Positions 59,746 to 64,000 of a DNA stretch of 64,000 bases are shown here, piece after piece. How positions within the stretch are numbered: the stretch's first letter is position 1; the number at the start of each line of letters is the position of its first letter. The notes under the pieces are model-generated. The model worked only from the letters and a program-made list of their open reading frames with translations. It was not told the origin of the DNA and did not search any database. The DNA comes from an uncultured Gammaproteobacteria bacterium. GTDB taxonomy: Bacteria > Pseudomonadota > Gammaproteobacteria > UBA6002. The position numbers and the translations under genes were made by a program. The stretch lies in contig CAVPKM010000007.1 in the NCBI GenBank assembly GCA_963705725.1, forward strand, positions 1-64,000, given 5' to 3'.

Positions 59746-60164
59746 ATCTAAATAAAAATCTAATTAAAAGATTATTACTTTTATTTTATTTCTTTTTTAT
59801 TGCGCCTTCCAGTTTAGCGGCTGTTCAATATCCTTATTATTTTACTTCTCCAGTTCAGCAGCAACGCTTCGAAAAACTTATTAGTGAATTACGATGTTTA
59901 GTTTGTCAAAATCAAAGCTTGGCAGAATCAAATGCACCACTTGCCCTTGATCTGAAAAGAGAGGTCTACCACAAAGTAGTGGCGGGTGCTTCTACGGCAG
60001 AAATAAAAACTTATTTAATTTCTCGCTATGGTGAATACATTTTATTCAAGCCTAATATAAATACAAATACCTACTTACTTTGGTTTGGGCCATTAATTTT
60101 TTTGTTGGGTGCTTCATCCATTATGTTTTTAAGTATCTATCGTCAAAGTAAAATAACTAATTAG
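59742..60164 (+). CDS. ccmH: Cytochrome c biogenesis protein
   Basis: LRCLVCQNQSLAESNAPLA, RYGEYILFKP. Confidence 0.94.
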   Translation: MNLNKNLIKRLLLLFYFFFIAPSSLAAVQYPYYFTSPVQQQRFEKLISELRCLVCQNQSLAESNAPLALDLKREVYHKVVAGASTAEIKTYLISRYGEYILFKPNINTNTYLLWFGPLIFLLGASSIMFLSIYRQSKITN

Positions 60165-60171
60165 GAAGGAC

Positions 60172-60867
60172 ATGCTATTATTTTGGGCAACGCTTTTCAG
60201 TGTTTTGTTAATTAGTCTGGTTATTTTGTCGCAGCCTTTTTTCTATTCATTTAATCGCAACCAATTAATTAAACAAAAAAGTCATTTTTATTTGTTGGCA
60301 GGCATTATTTTGTTCATGTCTTTAGGTAGTGTTTCTTTATATCTTTATTTGGGAAAAAGCCAAGCGGTTATCGAAAAGCGAAATACCCTTAAACATGCAA
60401 ATGAAATAAAAGCAGAAATCAAAAAAATGGGGTCACGCCAAAATATTATTCATGCCTTAAAATCAAAATTATTACAGATGCCAGAAAATAAAGAAAATGC
60501 GCGAGGCTGGTTCATACTTGGAAAACTTTATTTCAATGAAAATAAAATTCAAGATTCGAATGCCTGCTTTCAGAAAGCAGCGAAACTCAATCCAAGTTCA
60601 GAATATCAACTGCAGTCAGTAATCGTGAAATTTTATTTGAATAAACACTTGGATAAAAATGATAAACAAACGATTACTCAATTATTACGACGCTCAGCAA
60701 ATGATCCTAATTTGCTTAATCTGTTAGCTTTAGATGCTTACCAAGATAAAAAATATCAAATAGCGATTCGGTATTGGGAGAGGCTGCTCATGTATTTTCC
60801 ACCTCAATCAGAAGATTTTAATCACTTAATGACCATGATTAAACAAGCCCAAAGAGAAACTTCTTAA
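60172..60867 (+). CDS. CcmI/CycH-like TPR protein
   Basis: Two N-terminal transmembrane segments, LYLYLG, GWFILGKLY, AIRYWERLL; follows ccmH. Confidence 0.8.
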   Translation: MLLFWATLFSVLLISLVILSQPFFYSFNRNQLIKQKSHFYLLAGIILFMSLGSVSLYLYLGKSQAVIEKRNTLKHANEIKAEIKKMGSRQNIIHALKSKLLQMPENKENARGWFILGKLYFNENKIQDSNACFQKAAKLNPSSEYQLQSVIVKFYLNKHLDKNDKQTITQLLRRSANDPNLLNLLALDAYQDKKYQIAIRYWERLLMYFPPQSEDFNHLMTMIKQAQRETS

Positions 60868-60883
60868 ATGAATTTAGAAGGCA

Positions 60884-62059
60884 ATGAAGATTTTATATAT
60901 AAATGGAATTATTTTATTATTTATTTTTCTTCCCAATTTTTTTCTCTATGCAGCCAATAAGAACGCTAACGAAGAGGTAACTTTTGGTTTTTTTGTGCAA
61001 GGTGATGGCCTTGTTTTCTCCGGAGATAAAAAAGATCTAGTCGATAATAAAAATAATTTTATAAATGAATTTAATATTCCACGTGCTCGATTTTATATGA
61101 CGGGTAAAAAATGGGACTGGCATTATCAACTTACTTATGATGCAGCTCAAAAAACGCCGCGAGATTTTTTTATTCGTTATATAAAATATGAAAAATTTCG
61201 CGTGATGATTGGACAATATAAGGTTCCATTTAGTTTGCGTTTTGCAACAAAACAATCGCATGATATTTATTTAGAGCAAGCCTTGCCGACAATTGCATTT
61301 TTGCCTGGTTTCAAAATTGGAATGCAAACACAGTTTTATCCTGATCCATTCTCTATCACCCTTGGCCTCTATTCAATGGAAACGAATCGAAGATTTCGAG
61401 CCCATACCGTCCATGGAGAGGCACCACTTGGTTATAATGCACGAATTACTTATTCTCCCATCCATAAAGAGAGGTTGCTCATTCACCTTGGTATTGCTGC
61501 TGTCTACGAAGTGCCTGATTCCACCCACCGTTTTGTATTTGAAACTTTTCCTGAGGTACTAACTAAAAAACACGCTAGGCTAGTCAATACAGGACGCCTT
61601 GAAAACTGTCAATATCATATGGGTCAAGAATATGAAGCCGCGTTAATGTTGGGCGCTTTTTTTATAGAAGGGGAAGGTTACACAAATCATATCAACCGTT
61701 TGGCAACAAGTGAGAATGTAAATTTTAACGGATTTTTATTAGGGGCAGATTATTTTTTAACAGGTGAACATCATGGATATAATTTTAAAGACGGCAGCCT
61801 ACAAGAGTTTGATAAAATTAATCACCGTTTTGGTGCTTGGCAATTAGCTTTTCGTTACTCTTGGGTTGATCTTATGGATCGAACTGTGAAGGGCGGGAAA
61901 GAAAAAAATTATACGCTTGGTTTAAATTGGATTGCTAACCGGCATGTAAAGCTGATGTTAAATTACATTATTGCTGAGGCAAAACCTTCAGAGAATGGCT
62001 TGAACAGACATTTACATATTTTAGGATTGAGGTGTCAGTTAAGTGCAGAAAGCTGGTGA
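60884..62059 (+). CDS. OprO/OprP-like phosphate-selective porin
   Basis: Signal peptide, IGQYKVPFSL, YFLTGEH, GAWQLAFRYS, TLGLNW..VKLMLNY. Confidence 0.8.
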   Translation: MKILYINGIILLFIFLPNFFLYAANKNANEEVTFGFFVQGDGLVFSGDKKDLVDNKNNFINEFNIPRARFYMTGKKWDWHYQLTYDAAQKTPRDFFIRYIKYEKFRVMIGQYKVPFSLRFATKQSHDIYLEQALPTIAFLPGFKIGMQTQFYPDPFSITLGLYSMETNRRFRAHTVHGEAPLGYNARITYSPIHKERLLIHLGIAAVYEVPDSTHRFVFETFPEVLTKKHARLVNTGRLENCQYHMGQEYEAALMLGAFFIEGEGYTNHINRLATSENVNFNGFLLGADYFLTGEHHGYNFKDGSLQEFDKINHRFGAWQLAFRYSWVDLMDRTVKGGKEKNYTLGLNWIANRHVKLMLNYIIAEAKPSENGLNRHLHILGLRCQLSAESW

Positions 62060-62096
62060 AAGTTTTTTACCCAGTTTTACATGATCTTTTTCATGG

Positions 62097-64000
62097 TTAC
62101 TCGCTTTGTAATAAAATCTCTTGTAGCCCTTTTATTTCATCACGAAGCTTCGCGGCTTCTTCAAATTCCAGATTTTTAGCATGAGTAAACATTTTTTCTT
62201 CTAAAATTTTTATTTCACGAGAAAGTTGGGTGGATGAAAGATGATGATAGCTGCCAGCCTTTTCAGAAATTATTTTTTCAGCATAACTTCCTGCAGTAGG
62301 GGAGGCGGTGTCCAAAATATCTTTAACAGCTTTTTGAATGCTTTTTGGAACAATGCCATGTTCGCGGTTATATTCTTTTTGTAAAATACGTCTTCTATCT
62401 GTTTCATCAATAGCTTTTTTCATCGAGTTGGTGATGGTGTCTGCATACATAATTACTCTTCCATGTACATTACGTGCGGCCCGCCCAATGGTTTGAATTA
62501 AAGAGCGTTCTGAACGTAAAAAACCTTCTTTATCTGCATCCAAAATTGCTACCAGGGACACTTCTGGTAAATCTAAGCCTTCACGCAAAAGATTAATTCC
62601 AACTAAAACATCGAAAACGCCCAACCGTAAATCACGTAAGATTTCCACGCGCTCAATGGTATCGATATCAGAATGCAGATAGCGAACTTTAATGCCATTC
62701 TCGAGTAAGTAGTCGGTTAAGTCTTCTGACATGCGCTTAGTTAAGGTAGTAATTAACACGCGTTCATGTAATTTAACTTTTTGCCGTATCTCCGATAAAA
62801 CGTCATCTACTTGAGTTCTGACAGGTCTAACCTCAATTTCTGGATCAACCAATCCAGTTGGCCTGACCACGAGCTGTGTCACGTGATCGCAATGCTGAAG
62901 TTCATAGGCACCAGGCGTTGCCGAAACATAGAGGGTTTGTGGCGACAAATGGGTGAATTCATCAAAGTGCAGCGGCCGGTTATCTAGCGCAGAGGGTAAT
63001 CGAAACCCATATTCGACTAACGTCGTTTTGCGAGAACGATCTCCATTATACATCGCTGAAAGTTGAGGCACGGTTACGTGAGATTCATCAATCACCAAAA
63101 GCGCATTGTTAGGTAAGTAATCCATTAAAGTAGGAGGGGGTTCGCCTGGATTTCTTCCCGAAAGATATCTCGAATAATTTTCAATCCCCGAGCAGTAGCC
63201 CATCTCCAAAATCATTTCAATATCATAAAGTGTACGTTGTTCAAGGCGTTGTGCCTCCACTAATTTATCGTTTTCACGTAAAATTGCTAACCTTTCTTTG
63301 AGTTCTTCTTTAATTAAATCAATCATGTCAAGCAGTTTTTGTCTGGGTGTGACGTAATGAGTTTTGGGGAAAATTGTCACTCTAGGGGTTTTTGATAAGA
63401 TCTCACCCGTTAACGGATCGAACAAACAAATTGACTCCACTTCCTCATCAAATAGCGAGACTCTCACTGCTTCATATTCAGATTCAGCTGGATAAATATC
63501 AATAATATCTCCTCGTACTCGATAGGTCGCACGCCGAAAATCCATATCGTTACGTGTATACTGGAGCTCTGCCAAGCGGCGTAAAATAGCGCGTTGGTCG
63601 ATAGCTTCCCCCACATTAATATGTAACACCATGCTGAGATAAGACTGAGGATCGCCTAATCCATAGATGGCTGAAACAGTTGCGACGATAATGGTATCTT
63701 TGCGTTCTAATAATGCTTTAGTAGCCGATAAGCGCATTTGCTCAATTTGATCATTGATTGAAGCGTCTTTTTCTATATAGGTATCAGACGATGGCACATA
63801 GGCTTCTGGTTGATAATAATCATAATAAGAAACAAAGTAGGCCACCGCATTTTTGGGGAAAAAAGTTTTCATTTCACTATAAAGTTGTGCGGCGAGTGTC
63901 TTGTTGGGCGCGATAATGAGCGTGGGTCTTTGAACCTTTTCAATGACGTTGGCAATGGTATAGGTTTTGCCTGATCCCGTTACACCTAATAATGTTTGGC
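62097..64000 (-). CDS. uvrB: Excinuclease ABC subunit B (5' end outside the window)
   Basis: Frame extends to the window end with [12 protein letters not shown]; [28 protein letters not shown]-terminal [13 protein letters not shown]. Confidence 0.97.
   Translation of the reverse strand, partial: QTLLGVTGSGKTYTIANVIEKVQRPTLIIAPNKTLAAQLYSEMKTFFPKNAVAYFVSYYDYYQPEAYVPSSDTYIEKDASINDQIEQMRLSATKALLERKDTIIVATVSAIYGLGDPQSYLSMVLHINVGEAIDQRAILRRLAELQYTRNDMDFRRATYRVRGDIIDIYPAESEYEAVRVSLFDEEVESICLFDPLTGEILSKTPRVTIFPKTHYVTPRQKLLDMIDLIKEELKERLAILRENDKLVEAQRLEQRTLYDIEMILEMGYCSGIENYSRYLSGRNPGEPPPTLMDYLPNNALLVIDESHVTVPQLSAMYNGDRSRKTTLVEYGFRLPSALDNRPLHFDEFTHLSPQTLYVSATPGAYELQHCDHVTQLVVRPTGLVDPEIEVRPVRTQVDDVLSEIRQKVKLHERVLITTLTKRMSEDLTDYLLENGIKVRYLHSDIDTIERVEILRDLRLGVFDVLVGINLLREGLDLPEVSLVAILDADKEGFLRSERSLIQTIGRAARNVHGRVIMYADTITNSMKKAIDETDRRRILQKEYNREHGIVPKSIQKAVKDILDTASPTAGSYAEKIISEKAGSYHHLSSTQLSREIKILEEKMFTHAKNLEFEEAAKLRDEIKGLQEILLQSE

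Larger units (their letters stand above)
9181..64000. other. AT-rich gammaproteobacterial segment, Legionellales/Coxiellaceae-like
   Basis: Low GC by eye; gyrA-serC-aroA-cmk-rpsA-lapA-lapB order; eukaryote-like U-box/ankyrin gene; RPE-like palindromes. Confidence 0.7.

Overview
The window joins two unrelated DNAs at about 9,180. Bases 1-9,180 are very GC-rich, actinobacterial-type sequence: a DUF222-like gene start, an AraC/cupin regulator, EthD, tandem DUF427, VOC, a flavoprotein disulfide reductase, a phosphoesterase, a frameshifted DUF1206 and a truncated diacylglycerol-kinase-family gene. Bases 9,181-64,000 are AT-rich gammaproteobacterial chromosome resembling Legionellales/Coxiellaceae (inferred from gene order and effector-like genes). 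It carries GNAT, ABC-F, metNIQ, lexA-DUF3025, a U-box/ankyrin/pentapeptide protein, minCDE, fadD-prpB-prpC-ispG-prpD, hmgL and acetoacetyl-CoA synthetase, an MTA/SAH deaminase, gyrA-serC-aroA-cmk-rpsA-lapAB-comEA-galU, ccm genes and uvrB. A gene is cut on each side of the junction, so it is most likely an assembly or concatenation artefact. The most interesting structure is a ~9.5 kb block splitting ccmAB from ccmC-I. In it, a leucine-synthesis cassette (leuA lacking its regulatory domain, fused in frame to ilvE, then leuCDB, with a divergent Lrp) and a hipBA module are bracketed by nested direct repeats derived from a tiny DUF3309 gene. Other points of note are a LexA with an alphaproteobacterial-type candidate SOS box, a three-copy dispersed intergenic repeat, a 76-bp tandem duplication at the prpB start, and several single-base frameshifts (including gyrA) that look like sequencing errors. 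All calls come from reading motifs by eye; no database searches were run.
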